From assembly GCA_049840735.1 (NCBI GenBank), contig JASGJN010000013.1, forward strand, positions 576,001-640,000: DNA of 64,000 bases, in the 5' to 3' direction. The notes below the pieces were generated by a model. The model was not told the origin of the DNA. It saw only the letters and a list, made by a program, of their open reading frames with translations, and ran no database searches. Source of the DNA: Anaeromyxobacter sp. (GTDB lineage: Bacteria; Myxococcota; Myxococcia; Myxococcales; Anaeromyxobacteraceae). Positions 37,546 through 48,143 of this stretch are shown here, piece by piece (the stretch's first letter is position 1; the number at the start of each line of letters is the position of its first letter). The position numbers and the translations under genes were made by a program.

Positions 37546-38090
37546 AAGCCGTCCGCGTCGCGGCGGTGGAGCGCCAGGCAGGCGGCGGTGCGCGGGTCAT
37601 CGGCCGGGTCGCTCAGCTCCTCCAGCCGCACCAGCAGCGCGTCGGCCGCTGGTGCCGCCGGACGATCCGGCGCCACCAGCGCCAGGAGCAGCTGGGCGCG
37701 CAGGTACTCCGGCTCGGTCTCGTCCTCGCGCGACCAGCCCGGACGCGAGGCCCTCGCGATCCGGATTGCGGTCTCCTCGTCACCCGCGGCCACCGCGTCG
37801 TGGAAGGGGCGGCAGCGGCTGGCGCAGAGGTACTGGAAGTCCATCACCTGGTCCCAGCGGACCTCCTCCAGCACCGCCGCCTGCGCCAGCCCGCTGGCGC
37901 ACAGGTCGCGAAAGAACGCGCCGGTGTCGGCCTCGGCCAGCAGCTCCGCGATGGCCAGCTGGCGGTAGTGCTCGGCGATTCCGTCCACCGCCGCCGCGCG
38001 CACCTCGACCCGGGCCACGGTGCCGAGATGCCGGAGTAGCTCGTCCAGCCGGAAGGCCAGGTTGTCGCGCGCGACGTCGAGGTAGTTCAT
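37546..38090 (-). pseudogene. Imm49-like protein, 3' truncated
   Basis: YRQLAIAELLAEADTGAFFRDLCASG, PFHDAVAAGD, E-PEY; breaks off at DADGFD. Confidence 0.6.
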
Positions 38091-38093
38091 GGC

Positions 38094-38681
38094 TCAGAGC
38101 AGGATGGGCGCGTCGAGCGGCCAGGTCTCCCAGCCGGTCACGCCGGCGGCCTTGAGCTTGGCCACCAGGTCGGAGCGGATGATCAGCAGGCCGGGCTGCT
38201 CCCGCAGGCGGAAGAGGCTGGGCTCGGGCGGGATCTTCTCCGGGTCGAGCACCAACCTCTCGAACGTGTGAACTTCGGCGGGATGCATGGGGTCGACGGT
38301 GAAGATGGACCGCTCACGATCGACGCACGCGTGGCTGCCAAGCAGGTGCGCCCACGTGTAATCCGAGGAGAACGGGTTCTTCTCCTGGTCCAGGATGGGG
38401 ATTGGATACCACTCCCATCCCAGGTGCGGTTCCGCCTCGAGCACGGCGCGCGCCTTCGCGTTGACGATCAGCGCCCGCATGATGTTCCCGAAGAAGTCGG
38501 CCAGCTTCGTCCCCTTCTTTCGCTTGGAGAGGGAGCAGGTGGCGGTCGCGGGCCAGTGGACCCCCACCGGAAGCACGCGCCGCAGATCCATCGGACGGTA
38601 CATGCCCCGGGGGCTGTCGTCGATCAGGGCAAAGCCCTGGGCGTTGGAGAGGTGGAAGATGGCATAGGTCGGGTCGTTCAT
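38094..38681 (-). CDS. Imm11/DUF1629-like immunity protein
   Basis: KLADFFGN, ACVDRERS, LVLDPEKIP...LFRLRE...IIRSDLVAKLKAAGVTG; directly downstream of toxin. Confidence 0.78.
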   Translation of the reverse strand: MNDPTYAIFHLSNAQGFALIDDSPRGMYRPMDLRRVLPVGVHWPATATCSLSKRKKGTKLADFFGNIMRALIVNAKARAVLEAEPHLGWEWYPIPILDQEKNPFSSDYTWAHLLGSHACVDRERSIFTVDPMHPAEVHTFERLVLDPEKIPPEPSLFRLREQPGLLIIRSDLVAKLKAAGVTGWETWPLDAPILL

Positions 38682-38685
38682 CTGG

Positions 38686-39453
38686 TCACCTCGAAGCGGC
38701 GGCGAGCGCCGCGCGCTCCTCCTGCTGGATCCGAGCCTCCAAGGCCTGGCCGTATCTCTGGACCCGGTTGATGTGCTCGCCAGCGTTCTCCCGCCCCATC
38801 CGCTCCAGGAGCTTGAGTAACTGGTCGGAGATCATGTGCAGCCTCTCCGCGACGTTCCCGACGTTCTGGGCGTTCACCGGATGCGCCTCTGGCGACCCCA
38901 GCGCCTGCTTGAGCTCTTCCTTCAACCCGCTCAGCTTGTCCGACACGTATTCATCGTACGGCCCATGGTTGTTCGGATGGCAGGGCCACTTCACCACCCG
39001 GCCGACCCGGTACTGCTGCGGGCAGCAGCACGATGTTGCGCGCGTGGTTCAGGTTGTACTTCGCCACCATCAGCACCTGCAGCAGCTTGAGCCCGAAGTC
39101 CTCGTCCTGCAGCAACGAGAAGAGCATCTCGTTCGCGATCATGTGGTGCCAGTTGTGCAGGTAGGGGTGGTCGGGTCGACCGGCTTCCCCTGCTCCGGGG
39201 TCACGAAGCTCTTCACGACCTTGTTCGCGACCTTGCGGTCCCTGGGCGTGTACTGCACCCAGTCCACCTGCGCGAGATCGAAGCGCGCCGGGGCGTTGTA
39301 CCAGGCGGCCCGGGCGGTCGAGGTCACGGTGTAGCCGTTCTGCTCGTACTTGCACTCCGGGTTGCGGGCGCCCTGGTGGCGCACCACGCAGGCGCCGTCC
39401 TTGTGGTACTCGGCGTCGGTCAGCGCTTCGAGGTGGTCCCTGGACCCTGCCAC
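38686..39453 (-). CDS. AHH-type (HNH fold) nuclease toxin; frameshifts near 39170 and 39025
   Basis: Joined frames read HPYLHNWHHMIA...YNLNHARNIVLLP...WPCHPNNHGPY; GGGGAGG RBS before GTG. Confidence 0.75.
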
Positions 39454-39545
39454 GGCGGCCTCCCCGGCGGTGTGCGCGGCGAAGGTCGCACGCCCGGCGG
39501 GAGCGCCACAAGGACTGAACGTGGATGCTCACCCGGGGTGCGCGC

Positions 39546-41042
39546 CTACGCCGCGCGCGACCCGCGTCCGGTCACCCGCACCGCCGCCCCGGCCAGCGCG
39601 CCCAGCGCTGCGCCGCGGGCCGCGTCGTGCAGCTGCGTGAGGCTGCCGGCGCCGCGCTCGGCGATGCGCAGCGCCAGGAAGCCGCTCAGGAAGCGGCCGG
39701 CGGTGGAGAGGACGAAGAGCAGCTCCAGGCCGTGGCCGCCGGGGAGGCCGAGCCGGGCCACCGCCGGCGGGAGCGCGGTGGCGAGGCTGCCGCCCAGCAG
39801 CGTGCCCAGCGCGTAGGCGCCGCCGCCGGCCATGGCGAAGGTGGCCAGGTAGAAGCTCCGGTCGCGCCGCGGCGCCACCGCCAGCGGCATGGCGAAGCTG
39901 GCCAGGGCGTGGCCGCTCCAGGCGATGCCGCCCACCAGCGCGTCGGCGGCGATGGGCCAGGGGAAGGCCGGCGTGGCGGCGAGCCAGCAGAGCGGCAGCA
40001 CCGCGGCGCCGAACGAGCAGGCCGCCAGCACCGGCCGCGCGCCGAAGCGGTCGATGGCCTTCCCCCACAGCGGCGCGGCCAGCACCTTCACCAGCGCGGC
40101 GGTGGCGGCCTGCAGCGCCACCACGGTGAAGCCCAGCCGGAGGTTCCGCAGCAGGTGGAGCACGAAGAAGGCGCCGGCCAGCCCCACCGAGGCGTTCCAG
40201 CAGAGCTGGTACACGAACAGCGGGCGCGCGGCGGGATCCCGCAGCGGCGCCAGCGCCGAGCGCAGCGAGGGGACCTGCCGCGGCGTGGGCCGGTCGTGCT
40301 GGCGCAGCATGCAGCCGGTGGTGAACAGCCCGGTCAGGCAGGCCAGCGCGGCCAGCGCCGCCAGCGCAAAGCCGGCGTCGCGGCGGGTGGTGAGCAGGTC
40401 GAGGAGCCGGGCCGTGCCCACGCCGGCGAGGACGCTCCCCAGCGTGCAGAGCGCGGTGCGCCGCCCGAAGTAGCGCCCGCGCAGCCGCTCCGGGACCAGC
40501 TCACCCATCCACGCGGTCCAGGCGTTGTTGCCCAGCACGCCCACCACGGCCGAGGACGCGGCCACCACCATCAGCAGCCAGCGGGCGGTCTGCGGCGCCA
40601 GGTCGAGGAACGGGAGCAGGGCCAGCGGCAGGAACGACTCGCGGCCGACGGCCACCGTGAGCACCGCCACCCGCCGACGGCCGAAGAGCGCCGTCACCCA
40701 GGCCGCCGGGAGCTGCACCACCTGCGCGAGCTGGGGGAGCGCGGCCAGGGAGCCCACCTCGAGCGGCGTGCACCCGAGGTGCAGGGCCCAGGCGGTTAGG
40801 AGCGTGGGGCCGACGCAGGCGGTGATCAGCTCGGCGCCGATCCCCTCCAGCGTGGAGGCGCGCAGCGAGCGGCGCAGCCGGCTGGCCGGGCCGTCGAGCC
40901 GGCCGCCGCCCACCAGCGGCGCCGCGGCCAGCAGGCCGTGCGCGGGCGCGGCCGCGAGCAGGGCCAGGCCGGACAGCAGCGCGGAGGGGAGCCGGCGGAG
41001 CGCGGCGACCGGGTGACGCCGCGCCCCCACGAGAGGAGGCAC
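39546..41042 (-). CDS. MFS transporter
   Basis: About 12 TM helices; WMGELVPERLRGRYFGRR, WGKAIDRFGARP. Confidence 0.85.
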   Translation of the reverse strand: MPPLVGARRHPVAALRRLPSALLSGLALLAAAPAHGLLAAAPLVGGGRLDGPASRLRRSLRASTLEGIGAELITACVGPTLLTAWALHLGCTPLEVGSLAALPQLAQVVQLPAAWVTALFGRRRVAVLTVAVGRESFLPLALLPFLDLAPQTARWLLMVVAASSAVVGVLGNNAWTAWMGELVPERLRGRYFGRRTALCTLGSVLAGVGTARLLDLLTTRRDAGFALAALAALACLTGLFTTGCMLRQHDRPTPRQVPSLRSALAPLRDPAARPLFVYQLCWNASVGLAGAFFVLHLLRNLRLGFTVVALQAATAALVKVLAAPLWGKAIDRFGARPVLAACSFGAAVLPLCWLAATPAFPWPIAADALVGGIAWSGHALASFAMPLAVAPRRDRSFYLATFAMAGGGAYALGTLLGGSLATALPPAVARLGLPGGHGLELLFVLSTAGRFLSGFLALRIAERGAGSLTQLHDAARGAALGALAGAAVRVTGRGSRAA

Positions 41043-41101
41043 GCCAGCGACCCTGCCATGGCGACCGCCGCCCCGTCAGGCGGCGAGCAAGCAGGCCCCC
41101 G

Positions 41102-41584
41102 TCACCTCTGCATGTGCTTCTGGTAGGTGCCGAGGAGCTGCGCCTGCGCGACCACATGCCCCTCCACCGCCGCCAGCAGCTCCTTGCGGCCCAGCGGCCC
41201 GCGGTCGCCCAGCGGCGCGTCCAGCGCGAAGAGCGTGAAGTAGTAGCGGTGCCGGCCGATGGGCGGGCAGGGGCCGCCCCAGCCCGTGCGCCGCCAGTCG
41301 TTGGTGCCCTGGCGCGTGCCGGGCGGCAGCGCGGCCGGCTTCACCGCCTCCGGCAGCCCGCCCGCGTCGGGCGGCATGTCGTACAGCACCCAGTGCGTGT
41401 AGATGCGCTGCGGCGCCTTCGGGTCGGGCGCGTCCGGATCGTCCACCAGCAGCGCGAGGCTGCGCGCCTCCGGCGGCACGCCGGCGAAGACCAGGGCCGG
41501 CGAGCGGTCGGCGCCCTCGCAGGTGAACGTGGTGGGGATCTCGCCGCCGTCGGCAAACGCGGGCGAGGTGAGCGTCATCGGCAT
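41102..41584 (-). CDS. YbhB/YbcL (PEBP) family protein
   Basis: LTSPAF, DDPDAP, HWVLY, GPCPPIGRHRYYF. Confidence 0.93.
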   Translation of the reverse strand: MPMTLTSPAFADGGEIPTTFTCEGADRSPALVFAGVPPEARSLALLVDDPDAPDPKAPQRIYTHWVLYDMPPDAGGLPEAVKPAALPPGTRQGTNDWRRTGWGGPCPPIGRHRYYFTLFALDAPLGDRGPLGRKELLAAVEGHVVAQAQLLGTYQKHMQR

Positions 41585-41630
41585 GGGACCCTCCTGTGCG
41601 ACGCCCGGCGACGCCGGCACCCTGAGTCTA

Positions 41631-42177
41631 AGAGTTGTCCCACAACTCGCCAATTGGCGAAGCGTGGGCCAGGTCGGTTCGCCATCGGGCCCGCTCGAGC
41701 GTGGTCTGGCCGGAGCCAGCCTCATCGCGGGTTGGGCCCGTGGCCGTGCCGACGATTCGCCGAGCCACCGGTTTGCTTGCCGGTGTGGACGTCCGCCACG
41801 CGAACGAAGGCTCGCGGGCGAAGAGGTCGGTTGACTCGGACCGGGCGTCTTGCCGCCCGGGACAGCGAGGATCAAGAAGGTTTCCGATGGCGGCGCTCCT
41901 CGCCCACGCTCTCCCGACCCACCCGCTGCTCCAGCTCTCCGGCCTGACCGAGGGAGAGGTGGCTTACCTGGCACGCATGCTCCCCATTCCCGCTCGGCGC
42001 CGGGGGCGCCCCTTCGCCTGCCCGCCATTGCAGCGCGCGGCGGTGGCCTGCGCCGCCCTCCGCACCAACCTCACCTTCCGGGAGCTCGCCGCCGTGACCG
42101 GCATCCCCCAAGTCGACCGTTCATCGCATCGTGGCCGCCCACACGCCGATGCTGGCTGGTCTTTTCGGGACAGCTCC
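41631..42177 (+). mobile_element. Non-autonomous IS5-like mini-element with transposase HTH fragment (ORF from 41887)
   Basis: Imperfect TIRs AGAGTTGTCCC / GGGACAGCTCC flanked by TA; RRRGRP...LRTNLTFRELAAVTGIPKSTVHRIV resembles HTH_Tnp_4; no DDE domain. Confidence 0.7.
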
Positions 42178-42187
42178 TAGCAACTCC

Positions 42188-43939
42188 TCAACCCTGCGCC
42201 GGTAGGTCCACCGTGAAGGTGGCGCCGTGCCCGGGCGCGGAGAGCACCCCGATGCGGCCGCCGTGGGCCTCGACCAGGCTGCGGGCGATCCAGAGCCCGA
42301 GCCCCAGCCCGCCGAAGTTGCGCGGGGAGACGGCGCGCTCGAACCGGCCGAAGATGCGCGCCTGATCCTCCGGCGCGATGCCGATGCCGTGGTCCACCAC
42401 GTCGAGCCGGACCCGGTCGTGCTCGGCGCGGACCCGCACCTCCACCGGCGAGCCGCGGCCGTACTTGATGGCGTTGGAGAGCAGGTTGGAGACCACCTGG
42501 TCCATGCGCGCCGGGTCGATCTTGCAGGGGGCCGGCCCGGCCACGTCCAGCGTCAGCGCGCAGCCGGCCTCGGCGGCCTCCTCGGCGACGCGGGTGGCGC
42601 ACTCGCGGCCCAGCTCGGCCAGGTCCACCTGCTCCTTGTGCAGCGTGACCTTGCCGGCGGTGATGCGCGAGACGTCCAGCAGCGCGTCGGAGAGCCGGAT
42701 CAGCCGCTCCGCCTGCCGCTCGGTGATGCGGATCCGCTCCTCGGTGCGGCTGCGATCCTCGCCGCGCAGGTCGCGCCCCAGGAGCTGCACGGTGAGCCGC
42801 AGCGTGCCCAGCGGCCCGCGCAGCTCGTGCGAGGCGACGTGCAGGAAGTCCTCGCGCGCCTGGGCGGCCTGCTGCGCGGCCCGGTAGAGCCGGGCGTGCT
42901 CGATGGCCATGGCGGTCCGGCGGGCGGCGTCGGAGAAGAGGGCCAGGTCGGCCGAGCCGTAGCGGCGGCCGTCGTCGCCGGAGGCCACCGCCAGCGCGCC
43001 GTACCCCTCGCCGCGCGCCCCCAGCCCCACCAGCGCCAGCGAGAGCGGGGCCCGCGGATCCCGCGGCGCGGCCTCGATGATGCCGGCCGGCCCGCCGCCC
43101 ACCGCGCCGGCCAGCCGCGCCCGCGCGTCGCGCTGCAGCATGGAGCGGGCCCGCTCGCCCAGGCCGGGATCGCCCGCCTCGGCGCGGACCACCGGCCCCT
43201 GGTCACCGGGGGTGTAGACCGCGGCCCAGGCGCCCAGCGCCGGCACCGAGAGCCGGACCAGGCTGTCGAGGATCACGGCCTCGTCGAAGGTGTCCACCAG
43301 CACCGTGGACAGGCCGTCGAGGAAGGAGAGCCGCCGCTGCGCGGCCACCGCCTCGGCGCGCGCCACCCGCTCGGCCACGAACAGGCGCGCCCGCTCGTAG
43401 GCCTGGGCGCACTGGCTGGCCAGCGCCTCGGCGAAGGCGCGGTCCTCGGGCAGCACCCGCGTCCCCTCGGCCATGGCCACCAGCAGCACGCCCAGCGGTC
43501 GGCCCTCCACCGCCATGGGCACCGCGGCGATGGCCCCCGGCACCGGGTCGGTGAGCGTGGCCAGGCCGGGGTAGCGCGACCAGAGCTCGGTGCGGTCCTT
43601 CACCGTGACCGAGGCGCCGGTCCGCCAGACCTCGTCCACCGGGTTGTCCGGGCGGCCGCCCGCCAGGGCCCGCAGGGCCGGCTCCGCCCAGCGGACGCAG
43701 CGCAGCACGTCGAGCCCCACCCCGACCGCGTCCGGGACCAGCAGGGCGCCCCCGCTCCCGCCCAGCGCCTCGCAGGCGGCGGCGATGGCCACCTCGGCCA
43801 CCTCGTCCGGCGTGCGCGCGCGTGAGAGGGCCGCCGTCGCGGCCTGCAGGCGCGCGAGCCGGGCCGCGGCGGCCTCTGCTTCTCGCAGGGCTGCCCCGCC
43901 CACCGGGCCGGACTGGACCTCTTCAACTGCCGCCGCCAT
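42188..43939 (-). CDS. GAF-GAF sensor histidine kinase
   Basis: ASHELRGPL H-box, NLLSNAIKY, DHGIGI, GGLGLGL. Confidence 0.92.
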   Translation of the reverse strand: MAAAVEEVQSGPVGGAALREAEAAAARLARLQAATAALSRARTPDEVAEVAIAAACEALGGSGGALLVPDAVGVGLDVLRCVRWAEPALRALAGGRPDNPVDEVWRTGASVTVKDRTELWSRYPGLATLTDPVPGAIAAVPMAVEGRPLGVLLVAMAEGTRVLPEDRAFAEALASQCAQAYERARLFVAERVARAEAVAAQRRLSFLDGLSTVLVDTFDEAVILDSLVRLSVPALGAWAAVYTPGDQGPVVRAEAGDPGLGERARSMLQRDARARLAGAVGGGPAGIIEAAPRDPRAPLSLALVGLGARGEGYGALAVASGDDGRRYGSADLALFSDAARRTAMAIEHARLYRAAQQAAQAREDFLHVASHELRGPLGTLRLTVQLLGRDLRGEDRSRTEERIRITERQAERLIRLSDALLDVSRITAGKVTLHKEQVDLAELGRECATRVAEEAAEAGCALTLDVAGPAPCKIDPARMDQVVSNLLSNAIKYGRGSPVEVRVRAEHDRVRLDVVDHGIGIAPEDQARIFGRFERAVSPRNFGGLGLGLWIARSLVEAHGGRIGVLSAPGHGATFTVDLPAQG

Positions 43940-44142
43940 CGGCGGACCCCCTGATGCCAGGATCCGAGAGTAGACCGGACCCGGGGTCGCCGCACAAGGC
44001 GCTGGCGCGGGCTGCGACGCCGCGGCCGAATCCCCGTGGAACGTCGGCCCCCTGGCCGGGGGTGCCCTGCGGCGCGGCAGCGCCGGGGCGCACGCCGTCT
44101 CGCCTGGCGAGCGCGCGCCCCGATTGGTAGATTCACGCGTCC

Positions 44143-44907
44143 ATGCGCGTGCTGCTCTCGAATGACGACGGCGTCCAGGCGGCCGGCCTGCGCGCGCTGG
44201 CCGAGGCCCTGGCCGGCGACGAGGTGTGGGTGGTGGCGCCGGACCGCGAGCAGTCGGCGGCCTCCCACGCCATCTCGCTCCACCGGCCGCTGCGCATGGC
44301 CGAGGTCGCGCCGCGCTGGTTCGCGGTGGACGGCACGCCCACCGACGCGGTGTACATGGGGCTCAACCTGGTGCTGAAGGACAACCCGCCGGACGTGGTC
44401 ATCTCCGGCGTGAACCACGGCGCCAACCTGGGCAACGACGTCCACTACTCCGGCACCGTGGCCGCGGCCATGGAGGCGGCGCTGCTGGGCGTGCACGCGG
44501 TGGCGGTGTCGCTGGCCGCCCCGCCCCCGCACACCTTCGGCCCGGCGGCCCGCTTCGCCGCCGCGCTGGCGCGGCAGCTGGTGGAGCGGCGTCCCCCGGC
44601 CACCACGCTGCTCAACGTCAACGTCCCGGCCGGCGAGGTGAAGGGGTACCGCTTCGCGCGCCTGGGGCGGCGCACCTACGGCAACGAGGTGGTCCACAAG
44701 GTGGACCCGCGCGGCCGCAGCTACTACTGGATCGGCGGCGAGGGGGGCGCGCGCAGCGAGGACATCCCCGGCTCGGACTGCAACGCGGTGCTGCGCGACG
44801 GGCTGGCGGCGGTCACGCCGCTCCACCTCGACTCCACCCACGACGCCGTGCTGCAGACGCTCCGCAGCTGGACCGTGCCCGGCTACGACAAGGAGCCCGC
44901 GCCGTGA
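44143..44907 (+). CDS. surE: 5'/3'-nucleotidase SurE
   Basis: [34 protein letters not shown]. Confidence 0.96.
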   Translation: MRVLLSNDDGVQAAGLRALAEALAGDEVWVVAPDREQSAASHAISLHRPLRMAEVAPRWFAVDGTPTDAVYMGLNLVLKDNPPDVVISGVNHGANLGNDVHYSGTVAAAMEAALLGVHAVAVSLAAPPPHTFGPAARFAAALARQLVERRPPATTLLNVNVPAGEVKGYRFARLGRRTYGNEVVHKVDPRGRSYYWIGGEGGARSEDIPGSDCNAVLRDGLAAVTPLHLDSTHDAVLQTLRSWTVPGYDKEPAP

Positions 44908-45767
44908 GGCTCCGCGCGGCGCTCGCCGCCGCGGCCCTGGTCTTCACCGCCTGCCCCGCCCCGCCGCGGTCGCCCGTGCGCGCGCCACCCATCGAGCTCG
45001 CGCCGGTGGCGCCCCGGGCCCAGGGCGGCGCGCCGGCCGCGCCCGCCTCGCACGAGGAGCCGGCCATCGCCGGCGTGATGCACCCGGTGCGCAGGGGCGA
45101 GACGCTCTACCGGATCGCCAAGGCGTATGGCATCGACCTGGCCGACCTGATGGAGACCAACGGCATCACCGACCCGCGCCAGGTGGCGGTGGGGACGGAG
45201 CTGTTCGTGCCCGGGGCGACCGCGCTGGTGGAGGTGCCGCCCTCCCCCGGGACCGAGCCGGCGCCGGCGGTGGCCACCGCCCCGCCCCGCGAGCCCGCCC
45301 GCGCGCACCCGGCCCCGGCCGCCGCCGCCGACCCGCCGCCGGAGAAGGTCACCGCGCGCCCGCCGCCGATGGACGAGACCGACGCGGGCAAGAGGCGCCT
45401 GGCCTGGCCGCTCAAGGGCGTGCTCTACGGCCGGTTCGGCGTGCGCGGCGGGGCCCGCCACGACGGCATCGACATCGCCGCGCCGGAGGGTACGCCGGTC
45501 AAGGCCGCCGAGGACGGCGAGGTCATCTACGTGGGCGAGCAGACCGGGTACGGCGTGGTGGTCATCCTGCGCCACTCCGGCGGGCTGGTGACGGTGTACG
45601 CCCACAACTCCGCCGTGCTGGTGAAGGAGGGCGCGCGCGTGGGGCGCGGCGCGCCCATCGCCAAGGTGGGCCAGACCGGCCGCACCACCGGGCCCCACCT
45701 GCACTTCGAGGTGCGCGAGGGGACCCGGCCGAAGAACCCGCTGCTCTATCTTTCACACGGGGACTGA
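44904..45767 (+). CDS. nlpD: LysM + M23 peptidase lipoprotein (NlpD-like)
   Basis: Lipobox, [23 protein letters not shown]; overlaps surE stop. Confidence 0.85.
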   Translation: MRLRAALAAAALVFTACPAPPRSPVRAPPIELAPVAPRAQGGAPAAPASHEEPAIAGVMHPVRRGETLYRIAKAYGIDLADLMETNGITDPRQVAVGTELFVPGATALVEVPPSPGTEPAPAVATAPPREPARAHPAPAAAADPPPEKVTARPPPMDETDAGKRRLAWPLKGVLYGRFGVRGGARHDGIDIAAPEGTPVKAAEDGEVIYVGEQTGYGVVVILRHSGGLVTVYAHNSAVLVKEGARVGRGAPIAKVGQTGRTTGPHLHFEVREGTRPKNPLLYLSHGD

Positions 45768-45880
45768 CGTCCCCGCCCCACCCCTGCTGCGCTGGGTCCC
45801 GCCGCGCTGCGGCCCCGCCGGCGCCTCGGCCGGCGTGCGCGCCGCTGCGCCCCGCCGCGGCCGTGCTAATCTCCGCCGCC

Positions 45881-46399
45881 ATGCTCGACGCCGTCCGCGC
45901 CAAGATCCGCGACATCCCCGACTTCCCGCAGAAGGGGATCGTCTTCAAGGACATCACCCCGGTCCTCTCCGACGCCCAGACCTTCCGGCAGGTGATCGAC
46001 GCCCTGGTGGACCGCTGGAAGGACGAGCGGATCTCCAAGGTGGTGGGGATCGAGTCCCGCGGCTTCATCTTCGGCGCGCCGCTCGCCTACGCGCTGGGCG
46101 CCGGCTTCACCATCGTCCGCAAGCCGGGCAAGCTGCCCTGGAACACCATCCGCGAGGTCTACGCGCTGGAGTACGGCGAGAACGCGCTCGAGCTGCACGT
46201 GGACGCGGTCAAGCCCGGCGAGCGGGTCCTGGTGGTGGACGACGTGCTGGCCACCGGCGGCACTGCCGAGGCGGTGGGCCGGCTCATCGCGCGGCAGGGG
46301 GCGGAGCTGGTCTCCTACTCGTTCCTGGTCGAGCTCACCTTCCTCCACGGCGCCCGGAAGCTGGGCGAGGGAAAGGTCCACACGCTGCTGAGCTATTGA
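45881..46399 (+). CDS. apt: Adenine phosphoribosyltransferase
   Basis: [33 protein letters not shown]. Confidence 0.96.
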   Translation: MLDAVRAKIRDIPDFPQKGIVFKDITPVLSDAQTFRQVIDALVDRWKDERISKVVGIESRGFIFGAPLAYALGAGFTIVRKPGKLPWNTIREVYALEYGENALELHVDAVKPGERVLVVDDVLATGGTAEAVGRLIARQGAELVSYSFLVELTFLHGARKLGEGKVHTLLSY

Positions 46400-46475
46400 A
46401 CGGGGCCCGCGGCACGCTGCCCCGGGGCTCCACGCCGTGCAGCCCGGCGGCCGCCGCGCCGTTATCCTTCCCGCC

Positions 46476-47354
46476 GTGTCCTTCTCCGGCACCCTCAAGT
46501 TCCTCGGCACCGCCGGGGCCCGCTTCACGGTGGCGACGCAGGCGCGCCACTCCGGCGGCCTGGTCTGGACGCTGGGTGGCGTGCGGGCCTGGGTGGATCC
46601 CGGCCCGGGGGCGCTGGTGCGGGCGCTCGCCTCCCGCCCCAAGGTCGACCCGGCCGGCATGGACGCGGTGGTGATCACCCACCCGCACCTCGATCACTGC
46701 GGCGACGCCACCGCGGTGGTGGAGGCCATGACCCGGGGCGGCTTCTCCCGGCGCGGCGCCCTGCTGGCGCCCCGCGCCGCGCTGGAGGAGGAGCCGGTGG
46801 TCTTCCGCTACGCGCAGCGGTTCCCGGAGCGGACCGAGGTGCTGGTGGAGGGCGGGCGCTACGCGCTGGGGCCGGGCGCGGAGCTCGAGACGCCGCTGGC
46901 GCATGACCACGGCGTGGAGACCTACGGCTACCGGCTGCGCTGCGATGGCTTCACCGCCGGTCACGTGATCGACACCTTCTGGATGGACCGGCTCCCGGAG
47001 GCCTACGCCGGCGTGGACCTGCTGCTGGTCAACGCCACCCGGCTCCGCGGGCGGGACCGGCGCTACCTGCACCTGGGGCTGGACGACGCCGAGCTGCTGG
47101 TGGGGGCGGTGCGCCCGCGCCTGGCGGTGCTCACGCACCTGGGCATGCAGCTGCCCCCGGCCAAGGCGGACGCGGCCGCGCTGGCCATCTCCGGGCGGAC
47201 CGGCGTGCCGGTGGTGGCCGCCCGTGACGGCTGGACCCTGGACCTCTCCGATCTCCCCGCGGCCGCCCGCGCCGGGGCCGCCCGGGCCCGCGGCGCCGCG
47301 GCCCGCGCCGTCCGGCCGGAGCCGCCCGACGGCGAGCCGGCCAATCCGCCGTGA
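46476..47354 (+). CDS. MBL-fold metallo-hydrolase
   Basis: FLGTAG, VDPGPG, THPHLDH, LTHLG. Confidence 0.88.
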   Translation: MSFSGTLKFLGTAGARFTVATQARHSGGLVWTLGGVRAWVDPGPGALVRALASRPKVDPAGMDAVVITHPHLDHCGDATAVVEAMTRGGFSRRGALLAPRAALEEEPVVFRYAQRFPERTEVLVEGGRYALGPGAELETPLAHDHGVETYGYRLRCDGFTAGHVIDTFWMDRLPEAYAGVDLLLVNATRLRGRDRRYLHLGLDDAELLVGAVRPRLAVLTHLGMQLPPAKADAAALAISGRTGVPVVAARDGWTLDLSDLPAAARAGAARARGAAARAVRPEPPDGEPANPP

Positions 47355-47436
47355 CCACCCTCCGGCGCTCCGGCGCGGTAGGCTGGCCCGGACCGATCGC
47401 GGCCGAGCCCGCGGCCGCCCACAGGAAGCAGGCACG

Positions 47437-48141
47437 ATGACAGGTCCCACCCACTACCAGGCCGTCCCGGTGATCGGCGCCCATGACGAGACCGCCGCGC
47501 TGCGCGCGCTGCGGCTGGCGCTCCCCGCCGCGCTGGCCTCGGCGCACCGCCGCCCGGGGCAGGTGGTCAAGGTGCGGACGCCGGCCGGCGAGGGGTTCTT
47601 CGCCCTGGCCTCCAGCCCGTCGCCGGGCGGCGAGGTGGACCTGCTGGTGAAGCGCGGCCACCGCGTGGCCGACGCCGTGGCCGCGGCCGCCGCGGGCAGC
47701 GCACTCGAGGTGAGCGAGCCCTTCGGCAACGGCTTCCCGGTGGCCGAGGCCGAGGGCAAGGACCTGCTCCTCTTCGCGGCCGGCTCCGCCATCGCGCCCA
47801 TCCGCGCGCTCGTCCAGCACGTGGTGGGGCACCGCGAGCGGTTCCGGCGCGCCACGCTCTTCTACGGCCAGCGCCACGGCGCGGACTTCGCATACCGCGC
47901 CGAGCACGTCACCTGGGAGCGGGGCGGCGTGCGGGTGGTGCTCTGCCCGTCCCGGGCCGACGACGCCTGGGAGGGGGTGCGGGGGCGCGTGCAGGAGGTC
48001 GCCCGCGCGCTCGCCTTCGGCGGGACGCCGCCGGAGGAGACGGTGGCCTTCGTGAGCGGGATGAAGGCCATGGTGGAGGACGTCCGCCAGACGCTGGGCG
48101 AGGCGGGGATACCGCCGGAGCGGGTGCACGCCAACTTCTGA
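47437..48141 (+). CDS. FAD/NAD(P)-binding oxidoreductase (FNR-like)
   Basis: PGQVV, FALASSP, PFGNGF, AAGSAIAPIR. Confidence 0.85.
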   Translation: MTGPTHYQAVPVIGAHDETAALRALRLALPAALASAHRRPGQVVKVRTPAGEGFFALASSPSPGGEVDLLVKRGHRVADAVAAAAAGSALEVSEPFGNGFPVAEAEGKDLLLFAAGSAIAPIRALVQHVVGHRERFRRATLFYGQRHGADFAYRAEHVTWERGGVRVVLCPSRADDAWEGVRGRVQEVARALAFGGTPPEETVAFVSGMKAMVEDVRQTLGEAGIPPERVHANF

Positions 48142-48143
48142 GG

